A stretch of DNA of 64,000 nucleotides, from NCBI RefSeq assembly GCF_001194135.2, contig NC_068981.1, positions 155,168,971 to 155,232,970 on the forward strand, given 5' to 3'. Shown here one piece after another: positions 27,301 to 40,500 of the stretch. This DNA is from Octopus bimaculoides. Taxonomy: Eukaryota. A program made the position numbers and the translations under genes. Under the pieces are notes generated by a model, which was given only the letters and a program-made list of their open reading frames with translations, searched no databases and was not told where the DNA came from. Each line of letters begins with the position of its first letter. Position 1 is the first letter of the stretch.

Positions 27301-29890
27301 ATAGGATTTAATTAGGACTCATATCAACCGGAATAATAGCTGGGGTTGGTTGGCGATATAATAAAAAAAAATTTTTTAAAGACATTAAAACTAGAAAATG
27401 AACATGAATTAATAAAAAGGCAAGCTTCCGCATACACTTCCGACTTGTGACATGCAAGTTTCCTAATGAGATCCTCTTGATCATCATGAACAGCTCATAG
27501 GTAAAGAGGGAGTCAGGAAGTCAAGAGTAGCTAGCAGAGCGAGATAACTAAATGTATATTAGAACAGATCCCCTATAAACAAGTCATTCATTAAGTATTA
27601 ATGCATTATCAAGATGATGCGCTTACTTCTTGCTCGTCACAAAAAAAAAAAAAAAAAAGAGTAACAATCGTCGATTATTTTATTAAAGAGTGAAATGCTC
27701 AACCAAATGAATGAAATCTACATAAACTATGAAATTTATTGAATCCCCATACAACATGAATATCTTAGCATACAGTGATTTTTCAAAAATAATTAGTGGT
27801 TATATTCCATCTCAAAAATTTAAGTTGCTCACTTCAAAGAAAACTATCCTTGACAAATCTATCGAAAAAGTAAATAAGATAAAAAAAAAAATTTTTTTAA
27901 ACTAATGATCTGAAACTAAAGACTTGTAAAGAAACTTCAACTGTTTTAGTGAGCTTTCTTAACACAAAAAGAGAGCATCTCCAGGGGGGAAATATACACC
28001 CATTATCAACAGAAGACTCAAAAGCTACTATAAAAGTAAATAGCATTTCTTTGGAAAAAAAAGAAAAAAAAAGAAAAAGGTGGGGTGAAATCGCTTATTG
28101 ACTTCCTATACATTGACAATCCATGTTTAGAGCGAAAGAAAGAAAACGAGAAAGTAAACAAGATATAGCCTTTGACATAAGCAAAGAATTGAGTAAGCTG
28201 TTCATGTGTTTGGCTGTGACGACAAACAAAAACGGAAAACATAGTTTATTGTATACATAAAGCAGCTAAATTCTAGAAGTATCGAATTAAATCGAAACGA
28301 ATTAAGTGCAATACAGCCAATTTTTGTTTTTTTTTAAAGAATTCATTTTGGATCAATTTAAGTTGAGAAATAAGTCCCAAAAATTAGCTTCACGTGGGTT
28401 AAGGGGTTAATTTTTATGTCGCTGAATTAAATATAAGTCTTGGATGTGAAAGGCAAGGACCTATCATGAAGTAGAGATGGATCATAGAGCAAATCAATCA
28501 TAGGTAAAATATAAAACCATTATATATATATATATAATGGAGAGAGAGAGAGAGAGAGATGAACCATATTTGCATGCCTTATGCCAGCTCAGGAATATAA
28601 ATATACACATACAGTCAAAAGATTTTCTATCTCTAAAGGTATGCAAATAAAATGGTTCACCTATTAACTGGTTAAGTTACGCTTTTAATAAAACTTGTGG
28701 TTTCATTTCGAAATAACGAAAATATGGTGGGGTTGAGACAAATTCAGGCTCGTCTTCAAATAAATATCTATTAACTACAATGTAAAAGTCATTACGACAT
28801 TCGCATCTAAGTTAAAAGTCAATGACATCAGAGTTATTTTCCATTAAAAAAAAAAATCGAAACCTGTGTTTCAGAACATATCTAATTTTTGCCACACAAA
28901 ATGAAGAGAATTTCTTCATGTTGTAAATGTAAATAGGATCGTCTTGTTTGCATCCGTCTATGAGTAGCGACATTAAACAATGTGAAACTATGTCATTTAC
29001 ATGAGAAAGAAACAACGATATTGGAAAGCAAGCATTAAGAATCTAGACTTCTTTTCCACAACAGCAAATATCAACAATAAGCAGTTCGCCTATGTGACTA
29101 CATGAAAAAATGTGACACAGCAGCGAGCGAGAGACAGAGTGAGAGAGAGAGAGATAAAGTAAGAATGATTTCAAGTTTATATAGCAACTATATGATCTAG
29201 TAAGTGTAAATTACCATTAATTTGGACTAGCTCTACTACACTAGCTCCCTATCTCAACATAGTCGTGTTTAGTTGATGGAATTGAGAGAAATAACAGCTT
29301 ACTTTACAACCATAAATAACTGTTCTCCACAGTTGGCTCTGCCATTACTATAAACATACACATAAATGTGCATATGTATACACGTACATACGCGATCTTT
29401 TTATAACTCGACTGTCTGAGACAGGTTGGCCTACATTTACTGTCGGGGTCCACTGATCCGAATATGCTTAAGCTGTTTCAATTCACTACACACAACATAT
29501 TCTCCCAGAAACGTGATATTATATGGACGATTTATTTCAGTCTGAAATTATTAAATACGCCGATCCTACCCTATTAAACTTAACTTTAATCGAAATAAAG
29601 AAATACTTCTGGGAAAACGGTAAATATTTTGTTCGCTGAATGAAAAATAGGAAGGAATATATTAAATATCTCGTAACTGCTTAAAAGAAACTTTGAAGAA
29701 TATCCTTTATTACCGTTCACATTTTCACATTCAGGTGTAGCAATTTATTGGGGTGTTATTAATATGGAAATGGAAATTGGCAGAGAATAGTGAAGCCAGT
29801 AGAATGAACGTGAAGCCGCAAATATCCAATAATTACCAGGCCGAAGACCTAATTCTAGCAAAAGAAGAGGGCGGATGGATGGATGGATGG

Positions 29891-29921
<31 letters not shown>

Positions 29922-30557
29922 CATACATACATATAAACAGCGGCTAAGAGTTAAAAGATATTAGTCCTTAGATTAAAAAAGGGAATTCCATAAACATCTA
30001 TAAAAGTTCAGCGAGATATCACACTAGATCGACGCAATGGATCGTGCATGTAGTATCAGTTATGTGTTATCTCTGAATAATATATAGCAAACACACATCT
30101 CTAGAAATAATACAGAGGCAGACAACACAAAGATGTTTACTTTTACAAGTAATATTGGGTTAGCAGAACACACGTGCCGAGAACACTTTATTTTGAAATG
30201 GTTTAAATAGAAGATGAGATGATGGCGGCTACGAGGTAGTCGACCCGACAATGCAATGTACACACATACATTTCATAACTGAATAAACAGAATTCGGATA
30301 GGATTATGCTATTAAGATGTGATAAACGTCATAAAATTTTATTATTATTAATAGTTACTAATTATAACTGCTTATAAACATTATATTCCACGTGTTTTAC
30401 TGAGGCAACATTGAATGTAGGGGTAAGCTGTGATATATGTTATTATACTCCAATATCACACCACTTAACTTTGAAGCTTTATATATATAAAAAAAACTCA
30501 CTGGTGAAAAGATATCAAAGGCATACATTCAGGAGGGAGAAAAAAACAATTGCTTAC

Positions 30558-30576
30558 CTATGTCTGAAGTATCCAT
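30558..30576 (-). CDS. RXR: Candidate RXR first coding exon (MDTSDI, then D at the junction)
   Basis: ATG GAT ACT TCA GAC ATA G|gtaagc is a phase-1 donor matching the phase-1 acceptor at 14908. An in-frame TAG lies 7 codons upstream. MDTSDI-DTLDS resembles the short MD...DTLE N-termini I recall for molluscan RXRs. Confidence 0.8.
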
Positions 30577-31193
30577 CTGGTCGAGAAATCGAAGCTAAGG
30601 GGAGGGGATTAAGGACTGGACAACATACATTCACATAAACAGTAAAATAGAGAGGTCAGTGTAGGAATAATAGAGTGAAGATAGAGTAAGACATAAATAG
30701 AGAGAGAGAGAGAGAGAGAGAGAGATAAAGGAAGACAAATAAAAGAAACGCGAGAGAGCAGTAAAAGTGAAATAAAAAGCGATATATATTAGTAAAAGCC
30801 TAAACTAAAACATACATAATTATATATACTGTTGTGAAAAAAAATACTATTTTATCCAACACAACCGCTTTAATTTTACCATGTTCTCTCAGTGTCTAGT
30901 TGTAGTGGTGGTATCAGTAACGTTTCCAATGGAAGTAGCAACTACACAAGTGAGCAGGCAGCGGCCATGATAATGTGCAGGAGCACCGTCAACTTTCGTC
31001 AAAATACGGAGCTTTCAAATCTACGGATGATCAGACATGAACAAAAATTCGCAACTAACATCAAGGAAACAAATATTTTGAAAATAATAATTGCATTAAA
31101 TAATTAGATAGAAAAAAAAAATCCAAGTTAAATGTTATGATTTTTTTTTTGTAAGCTTGCATTAAATTTTTTTTTAAAAGTTACATAACTTAC

Positions 31194-31230
31194 CAGGGTT
31201 TCTATAGTGTCCAAATGGTAAATGAGCCAT
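31194..31230 (-). CDS. RXR: Candidate alternative RXR first coding exon (MAHLPFGHYRNP)
   Basis: aaATGG start context, 12 open codons, then G|gtaagt, a strong phase-1 donor. An in-frame TAA immediately precedes the ATG. A candidate acceptor (ctttttaccgcgtttcctag) would start the exon at 31350. Confidence 0.6.
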
Positions 31231-32823
31231 TTAGTTTTTCCTAACGGCGATGTTCATATAGGAAGATGATCTAGAGAAATTTATAGTACTATAAGTCATC
31301 CGTCAACAAGATAAGCATGCCGTAAGGCTATCATAAGAAGCAGTTGGTCTCTAGGAAACGCGGTAAAAAGTGTTGGGTGAAGAGTTCAAGGTTTGGGGAA
31401 GGTTGATGTATTAAAAAAAAAAAAAAAGCCACAATGATTGAGAGTCAATACTTCATAGCATATAACTTGATAATTCAAGTATTTCTCAAAAATCGCTGAG
31501 TATCACTTACTCCTCATGAGATCAACGGAAATTTTAAAAAATATTAAAAGTCTGATTTGTTTAAAAATGTTTTTTTTTTTCTTTCAATTATTAATTTTAT
31601 ATATATACAAATATATATATACAAAATAAAGTACTCTAAACAATTTAATACACGTGAATATTAGCAACTCTTCTACAAGTGGCTTCAGTAATCACGGACG
31701 AAAGGTGAATAGTCAATGTAATTTCCACCATTATCTCTGTAAGAAGATTATAAACTCCTCAGAATAGTTCTAATAACTTTTTTTTTTCAAGCATGTGTAG
31801 ATTGATGAAAACAAAAAGAGTTTGAATGGATTTTTTTGTTTTTCATAAGTAGTTTGTTTCCAATAAAAAAATAAAAACTTAATCAATAGTTGCTTCTCTG
31901 TTCCTCATTAATAAGTTGTTAGATGATGAACTAAGTAATCAAGGTCGTATGTAACAGAACCATAGAAACAGAAGCAGTGTTTTACCACCTACTTGATGCG
32001 GCCATTCAGCAATAATGAGAAAACCTTAAGTAAACCACAGCTTGTCTCTTATTACTGACGAAAGCACTCTTCCTAACCCTCCTCCACTGACCCCCTCCCT
32101 CTCACTTGCGTGCCCGCTCTCACTCTCTCCTTCCCTCTCTTTCTCTTTCTCTCTCTCTCTTCATAGCTCCACTTCCTCTAAATTTTCGTTCTACTTTTCT
32201 GCTTATTTTTATTTAAATTTGTTTCCTTTTTCTTTCATCTCTACTTTTCAGTTTCTTTACTCTTTCGCTCTAATTCATTTTTTTTCTTCCCTCTTTATCT
32301 CTAACTTTCTTTCGTAGCTCAAACTCGCCTCTCTTTTAAAAAAAAGTATCTTCTTTTTTATTAAAACTAATTGTTTTTCTCTTTCAAATTTCATCTTCAC
32401 ATCTATCTCTCTCTTTAATAACATTCTATCCATTTTGTTCGCCAACTATCCCAATCCTAATCACTATCCACCTCTCTATTCAAATTCTAAGTTTTCTTGT
32501 CCGTCACTCTCCCTCTTCCTCTAAATACTTTATTTCTATTTTAGTAATAATTTTTTTCTCTCAGATAAAATAACTTTCCGCTCTATTACCTCTCTCTAGT
32601 ACTAATTTTTTTTAATTACTTACAAAAAAATAAAGAGAAAATAATAATTCCCTTCCTCCTGTGGCTGCCACCTTTTTTCAGCACTTTTCGTCTCCATTAT
32701 AGACTTTACTGCATCTAAGTCATACTTTATTTCTGTTTTCTTTCTTTTTTTCTTTCCGTTCCTGTTTACTTACCTACCTTTACAACAGATAAATGTACCT
32801 TCCCTATCTACCTACCTACTTAC

Positions 32824-33090
32824 CTCACACTGCTCTCTGTGTCCCTTCTCTTTTCCTCCCCCACCTCTGAATCACTATTTTTTTAATGTTAGAATTATAT
32901 ACTTTAAACTGAATGGTTTTTAACTAATCCGAAAACCGTATTTATCATAATTATCGAAACTACCATCATCATCACACTCTTGGCATTTATACAACGCCAG
33001 ACTAGTGACTAAGGGTTCGGTGATAGTTTCTAAGGGAATCGAGACTGCTCGCCGGTTTCGGTTCTACAGTGCAAGCACTATATTTATATG
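32824..33090 (-). other. RXR: Candidate non-coding 5' leader exon and core promoter of RXR
   Basis: Two consensus donors lie 50 nt apart: GAG|gtaagt (exon end 32824) and TAG|gtaagt (exon end 32774). They sit next to a CpG-containing stretch with a TATAAATA at 33088-33081. The 5' end is not defined. Confidence 0.4.
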
Positions 33091-35194
33091 TCTCTATCGA
33101 TATTCCCCCATGGTATAACGTATGAACTTCATTGTATATATTTATGTTCCCTATTATCAGACATCAAAGCATACTCACACACACACATACACACGCGCGC
33201 GCACATATCAACAGGTTTGGAATTTCTCCCCTCCCCCCCCCCTTTTTTTTAAAGTATTTAATTTGAAGCTAAATTTACAAAATGTCCTAATTACTTGCAA
33301 TACTTGGCAAGCAGAAAACTGCATATTAGTTTTTGATTCCCAAGTGAAATGGTAATATAATACAGCCTACCTCTATGATAACTCCAGTGCCTTTGAGAAA
33401 AGTAATTTTAAACGTCATCACCATTTAATAATTTTCTTCCCTTATAACACGATGTCTTAGTGCTTGTGAAAGAAAATCATTTCAGCCTTGTTAACTGTTA
33501 CAATGATAGTTTTGATAAAGTTTCTATATATTAACAGGAAAATAATATTCCATTGAATCTATTCTGTTACAGTTGGTAGCTTATCAACATAATGACGAGT
33601 GAATGACTAAATTTATCTTATCAAGACTTTAATTCAGAATGCAAAGGAACAAGAAAATATAATATTGGAGAGCATTTTGCCTGACCGTCGATTATCATCT
33701 ACTTCAGCACCCAACTAATTTTGATAATGGGGGGAAATATTGTAAGTTTTGTGGATCAAAAGAGTTATATCCCATCAAATGGGAGACTGAAACCCATAAA
33801 ATAGGGAGTTCACTTACTACAAGGAGTGTTAATTCTAATGTTTTGGCCTTTATCCTTCATCTCAGACAAAAAAGGCAAGAATGGCCCTTTCTTATTGATT
33901 AATTGTTGTTGACACAGACCAACAACAGTTTCCTTGAATCAGCAGAGTAGCAAGGGTTCTCAGTGTATGGTGACAAAGACAGTTTAGGCACCTTCACTTT
34001 AATTAACAGTCATAATAGACCAGATGAAATTTTGTACCTCTTCATTCCTACAATTGTACTCTCTCCTTTCCCCACCCTCTTGCTGCACTTGTGCTGCACG
34101 TCTGGATTTATCCCTTCAAAACAAGTTCATAAACCAGTGTCAACTGTTTGTTGCATGTTATTTCATTTCTCGAAATAAATACATTTATAAATGTTATAAC
34201 TTCCCACTTCCTGTTCTTTTAATATAGAATTTTTGAACTTAGCAAAAAGGAACTGGTATGATGAAACTGTTATTCTTTTATAAGATTCATCATCAGTCTC
34301 ATGACATCTTTTAAAAAAATAAAAATAGTTATCATAGAATTTTTGAAATAAACATTGTAACTACAAGAAGCAGAATTATTTTGCAGTTGAGTACATAATA
34401 GACTTGGGAAAGAATGGGTGCAAGTGTATCCCCTAAAATTATGCGGGAAGTAGTGGGAGGCAACGAAAGCACTTTGAACATCCTGAGTTGGACCTGGATT
34501 TGCACCCGCTAAGCAAATTTTGTTCCTGCCCTTATGGCTGAGTATCAGGTTAAATTGTTCTACAACATTTGAAAGCAATTATATGACTTAGTATCCAAAG
34601 GTTAAAAGCATCTATCCATCAGAAAAGATGGCCTGACAGAGGGAAAGCATTTTACAATCGATAGTAAATAAAAGGACTCTCCACCACTTTTGACTAGTAG
34701 TACCTCAGTTGTTTGATCAACTGAACTACCTGCTCATTGTATTAATATGTAACTGGCTGAGTATTCCACAGACACATGCACCCTTAATGCCATCTTTGGA
34801 TAGAATGAGTATAACAAGACTGTCTTTTAATTATGGATACAGTGCATTCTACCCAGTCTAACCCAAATGTCTTGGGTTGACCTGTGGCTATGGAAGAAGC
34901 ATTATCGTAAGTTTACATGCTGTGAGATCAAACCAAAAGCATCAAGATTGCAATATAAGCTTCTAAACCACTCAACTACACCTGCACCAAAATTATATAT
35001 TATTTCAAAATAACATGATGATCACAGAATATTATCAGATATAATGACATATAGTCCTGTACAATGTCTATTGGAAGGTCTGAATTTGTATCAGTATTTT
35101 AACCTGTTAATCACTGTCACTACTGGTTGAGTATCTCTTATTTTTTGATGATTTAACCCTTTTTCTCATATTCATGATTGTCATTTTTACATTA

Positions 35195-35760
35195 ATATTT
35201 TACTTGATTCAGTCATTAGACTATGGCCATATTTGGGTACTGCCATGAAGAATTATTTTCTAGTTGAGTGAATTGCTCCCCACAAGTTCTTATTTTTTCT
35301 TTAAGCCTGCTACTTATTCTATTGGTCTCTTTTGCTCAACCAATAAGTAACGGAAATGCGAACATACCAATACTGGTTGTCAAGCAGTGGTGTGGAACAA
35401 ACACAAACACAAACACACACACATCATCATCATCATCATCATTTAATGTCCACTTTCCAGGTTCACATGGGTTACATGGTCAAACTGGAAGTGGTAAGCC
35501 GGAGAGCTGCACCAAGTTTTGGTTTGATTTGGCATGGTTTCTATGGCCAGATTCCCTTCCTAATACCAACCACTCCAAGAGTGTAATATAAATATATATA
35601 ATGAACTTTTTTTAGTTTCTGTCAACCAAATTCCACTCAAAAGGCTTTGGTCAGCCTGAGGCTATAGTAGAAGACATTTGCTTGAGGTGTCATGCAGCGG
35701 GACTGAACTTGGGACCATGTGGTTGGGAGGCAAACTTCTCATCACACAACCGTGACTCTG
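35195..35760 (-). mobile_element. Family A SINE interrupted by a SINE tail
   Basis: The family A 3' body (35195-35400) and head (35600-35760) are separated by a (cat)n-tailed fragment (35415-35590). Confidence 0.75.
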
Positions 35761-35989
35761 CCTATCTATCCATGTATTTTAATGAATTTTAAAATAACCA
35801 TGAATTTGGATGGATTTTGTAAAAAGAGTAACTTTTTTTAGTAAGCTGATATTTGAACGATAACAAAAGGCTCTCCAGAAGATTTCAATTAAAAGACTGA
35901 TCTCAAGTCACTGAGCCATATGAAAGAGATGCCTAAGAACTGAGATATTTGGTGCATTGCTGTGCTCTAAAATACTTGCCTGCCACAGC

Positions 35990-36290
35990 AGAATTGATAC
36001 TGATGCTGGTGCCATATAAAAAGCACTCATGTTGGTTCCACGTTCAAAGCACTGGTGCTGGTGCCACGTAAAAAGCATCCAGTACATTCTGTAGTGTGGC
36101 TGGAAGGATATCCAGCTGTAGAAATCATGCCGAACTGACAATATAGCTTGGTGCAACCAACTATGGTCAAACTGTCCAACATATGCCAACATGGAACACA
36201 GATGTTAAATAATGATGATGATGAGGAGGAGGATGATGATAATGATGATGAGAATGATGATGAAGATGATGATGATGATGATGAATGATT
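35990..36290 (+). mobile_element. SINE tail with an expanded (GAT)n end
   Basis: ctggtgccacgtaaaaagcatccagtacattctgtagtgtgg...atgccaacatggaacacagatgttaaataatgatgat. Confidence 0.8.
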
Positions 36291-37009
36291 ATGATAAATT
36301 CCACTCACAAGATATTTGTTAATTTGAGACTATGGTAGAAGATCTTTGCTCAAATCACTGCACAGTGAGTTCAACCCCCAGATCCATGTGACTAACAGGT
36401 GAACTTCTTAACCACGCAATCATTATTGTACCACCTCTTTTCAACTTATTGGAAATTTTAGTGATTTCATCAATATATTTGATCATAAAGTCATAGGTTT
36501 AAATCCTGGTGCAAGACATGCCTTTTGTTTTAGGGAAAAGTATTTTACTTTAAATTCTTCCAGTTTACTCAGCAAAAATGGTTAAGACTGAGAGAATGCT
36601 CAGTTAGCCTGACGTTAGCATAGAAGTGTTAATAAGTTAGTGCTGCAACTAAAAACTTTCTGACATGAAGAGAGATACATCAAACAGTGGACTTACAATG
36701 TTCTATCTTTATCCTCTATTTTAAAAGTTACATTTTGACATAAATGAGAGTGCAATTCAAAACACTGTTTTACAATAATAGATGCACACACGCACAAACA
36801 CATACACACACACACACATACACACACACATTAAACATTTATTCAAAACTGAGTCACTAATTGCTGTTTCTCATTCTTGTTCCTCAAGCAATTTACATCA
36901 GAATGAACTCATATTTATGTATCATCGTCATCATGATCATCACTGGGAGGGTTCTGAGAGTAGAATCCTGAGACACTTCCAGAAGTAACAGTATTCAGAT
37001 ATTCCAGCT

Positions 37010-37200
37010 GAATTCCTAAACATAGCCTACTGAGAAGATGGATATCATCCAACCATTTTGTTCTTAGTCTACTCCTGAGTGTCATCAGTAGATGACCACC
37101 AACACACTCTGAATGGATTCACTACCAAGTGCTGTAAGGCAGGGATGAGAATTAGTGTTGTGAAGACTGGTACATTGGTCCTTTCCTAATGCACTCTGCA
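37010..37200 (+). mobile_element. Decayed non-LTR retrotransposon RT fragment
   Basis: Broken frames read HTLNGFTTKCCKAGMRISVVKT, resembling the LQ.ALN.F...C..AGM.IS..KT segment that follows the (Y/F)ADD motif. Confidence 0.45.
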
Positions 37201-37390
37201 TATTAGGGAAACATCATTTCCAAGAGTCAAAAACCAGAATACGAAACAGATAAAAGGTGCTCTTCAAATGAACTCCTTAGATCACTGATGTGTTTTATAC
37301 CGAGTTACAGATACTGCCTCATCACTCTCACTGTCAGAAATATTGTGAACAAGTGATTGGCCAGTTGGAAACCTGTTGCCAATGACAATA

Positions 37391-37620
37391 TTCTTTTATT
37401 CTTTTACTTGTTTTGGTCATTAGACTGCAGCCATGCTAGAGCAAAGCCTTGAGGAATTTTAGTCAAATGAATCAACCCCAGTACTTCTTTTTAAGCCTGG
37501 TACTTACTCAATTGGTCTCTTTTGCTGAACCATTAAGTAACAGGGACATAAACACACCAACATCGATTGTCAAGGCACTGATGGGGGACAAACACAAACA
37601 CACACACCCAAATATGTATG

Positions 37621-37683
<63 letters not shown>

Positions 37684-37966
37684 CACACACACACACACAC
37701 ACACAAATATATATATATATAATTTAATATACACAATACATATTTTTATATTTTTATGTGCTACTAATAGTTTCATATGTTGGGAAATACCTAGAATATA
37801 TTCATCAGGCACAAACCACATATCATAACCATATGATGGGCTTCTTTCATCTTTCATCTCACAAGGCTATATTAGATGACATTTGCCCAAGGTACCATAC
37901 AGTGGGGCCAAACAGAGAACCATGTGATCAGGAAGCAAACTTCTTACCACACAGTCATACCTATGC
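37391..37966 (-). mobile_element. Full-length family A SINE with an expanded internal (TA)n/(CA)n
   Basis: Colinear with 51730-52150 from the (ttcttttatt) tail to the head. Confidence 0.8.
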
Positions 37967-38014
37967 TTACTATATTGTTCACCAATTGTGACAGCGTTAT
38001 CATCACTGAGATGA

Positions 38015-38350
38015 ACTTACTTGGATCTACATGAGCCTGATTCTCTACACATCTCTATCTTCCAAAGTATGTAACATTTCCTCTTGGTGACATCCAGTAT
38101 CATCTGTTAACTGATTGACATATGTCTTCATATGGCAATTAATGCAATAACAACAATGGCAAGGCATTCCAACTAGGGTGTCACTAACTAGTTCTCCTTA
38201 CTTCTTTAGCCATGTCTCTCAAAAGTGGACTCTTCGTTCTTTAATGGTGCTTGATACTTTAGGTAGCTTAATGTATAATTTTTCTTTGGCAGAGTGTTCT
38301 TTCCAGGATATATTCAAAATGGTATGAAGCATGCACATGTAGATACTGTC
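38015..38350 (-). mobile_element. RTE-clade LINE 3' end fragment
   Basis: Minus strand reads MLHTILNISWKEH...LPKVSSTIKERR...KTYVNQLTDDTG..EE....EDR, the typical RTE ORF C-terminus, with stops. Confidence 0.65.
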
Positions 38351-38841
38351 CAAGATAGTTTCAATTGCAATACAGAATAAATAAATAAAGTGCAAGATTC
38401 AAATAACCATGATTACAGGAATGCTTTTAGTATCACAATCTGATACTAAAGAATGTTAGTTGATAGGGGAGAAATGATAAACACAAATTAAATAGAATTA
38501 GAAATAAGAGATGCAATGTGTTCATTTTCTATTTTTGCTTCCTAATAACAATTTCTGCTATTGAAAGGTTAGTCATTAATTTACTTCATAGAACACCAAC
38601 ATTTCCAATCTAATTAATTACTAGCCTACAAATTGTGACTATTGTGATATACAAACAAGACAAAATTCACAACAATAAAGAGATCAAATTTCTTGCTAAG
38701 ATTTCAAATAGCATATGTATCATTTTAATTTATTAATAATTGATAATACTGCAAAGCACTCAGTAGATTCTAGGTTGTGAATAGTTGCTGCTTTTGAGAT
38801 GAAGTTGTGGTATGCTAATTTTCTCTCATCAGCAATGTCTA

Positions 38842-38891
<50 letters not shown>

Positions 38892-40079
38892 NNNNNNNNN
38901 NNNNNNNNNNNNNNNNNNNNNNNNNNNNNNNNNNNNNNNNNNNNNNNNNNNNNNNNNNNNNNNNNNNNNNNNNNNNNNNNNNNNNNNNNNNNNNNNNNNN
39001 NNNNNNNNNNNNNNNNNNNNNNNNNNGAGGCAATCTTAGTTAAATGAAATATTGTTGATAAAAAGGAGAGCACTTGGAAATTCCTACCTATGCCAATAAA
39101 ACCTGTATTTGTTTAACTGGTTACTTCAGATACATCTGTGAGATTCCCCTCTGCCTTCTTCCTTATTCACTGGTATTTATTCTCTCTTTCTCCTTACCAC
39201 CATCATATGGAATATTTAAATCATGTTGTGAAACAAAGTCAGTACTTTCCCTTACATTTCTACCATGAATGTCTATTCAATGTTAGTTTAAAAATAGTCA
39301 CAGACCAAGTTTATTGGGGCTTCTTGCTATTCATGAATAATCCGCATGCATAATATGGAAGCTGAGAAGGAGTAGGTAGGAATTCCATACATGCATACAT
39401 ACGTATACATGTGTGTGTGTGTGTTTACATTTACAGTGAAAGAGGAAAATTAGGAAAAACTTCCATTATTTTGTCTTATAGAAATCTTCCTGTATATTTG
39501 TTGTCTATCATTTGCACCAATTACACAATGTAGATTTACGCAATATATACTTATCCATACAGCAAAGTTATTTCAATGATGCTGTTGTGATTGTATGGCT
39601 CCTTTCTACTGCCATGAACCTCAATCCTGACCATGTTCACCTTCAGTAATTTTGAATGAATCTAAACTTCAATGAAGTTTCATACACTTGATTTACCCCT
39701 TTTGCAATTCTTTGATTCTTGATGAGAAAATGGTTGTCTTATATCAGTAGACATTACACCACTACTTCTGAATTACTTAAGTTAAGTTCAAAGTTTGGGA
39801 TGAAGTGAAAAGAGCCGGGAACATAGTGTTAATAGATTATCACCTGTACACTAAATTCTTTGCTTATCTTATGTCAATTATGACTTTAATTTTACTAACC
39901 TCATACATTGCAAGTAAAGTACTGACTTGTAGTTGTTAATTTTTTTCTTTCTCCCTTTTTTCTTTTTTGCTCACTTCATTTATAATGTGGAACCTTGTTG
40001 AAAGCTACTAGATAGTCACATACTAGATAGAAATGTTTTTCTTTGGGAAAGAAATTCTCTTGTTAAATATAGCATTATT

Positions 40080-40500
40080 AGGTTGTGAGCTGGTAGAATC
40101 ATTAGTGAATTGAACAAAATGCTTTGCAACATTTCTGCAGGCTCTTTAATTTTAAATTAAAATTCCACTAACATTGACTCTGCCTCTCATCCTTTTGAGA
40201 TTGATAAAATAAGTACCAGTTGAACACTGGGCTTAACCCTTTAACCCTTTTGACACCAACCCACCTGAAACTGTTCCTTGTTCAATGGTATAAATGTCCT
40301 GTTTTAAAATAATCTAAATTAAAACCTGCCATCAAAATTTCATGTTAATTTGTTTCAGACACCATCTTAATAATGGTAAAGTTATTTTACTAAATTCTTT
40401 ATCATTTTCAAAACTATCTGAAAGAAAGGCAGTGTATTTCAACAGAATTATGGTAACAAAAGGGTTAAAACTGCTGGCCTTGTACCGAAATTTGAGACCT
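40080..40500 (+). mobile_element. Family B SINE interrupted by a piggyBac-like MITE (40245-40464)
   Basis: SINE core (tctgcctctcatccttttgagattgataaaataagtaccag) is followed by ttaa|cccttttg...caaaaggg|ttaa, and the SINE resumes at ctgctggccttgtaccgaaatttgagacc. Confidence 0.75.

Noticed and set aside
27625-27660. Donor-like GAA|gtaagc next to a poly-T run in intron 1
   Set aside because: No acceptor AG or start codon defines an exon there.
34270-34578. 102-aa ORF and a GCGGGAAGTAGT motif as a possible divergent gene or promoter
   Set aside because: No recognisable domain or convincing exon structure, and the motif only loosely resembles known promoter elements.
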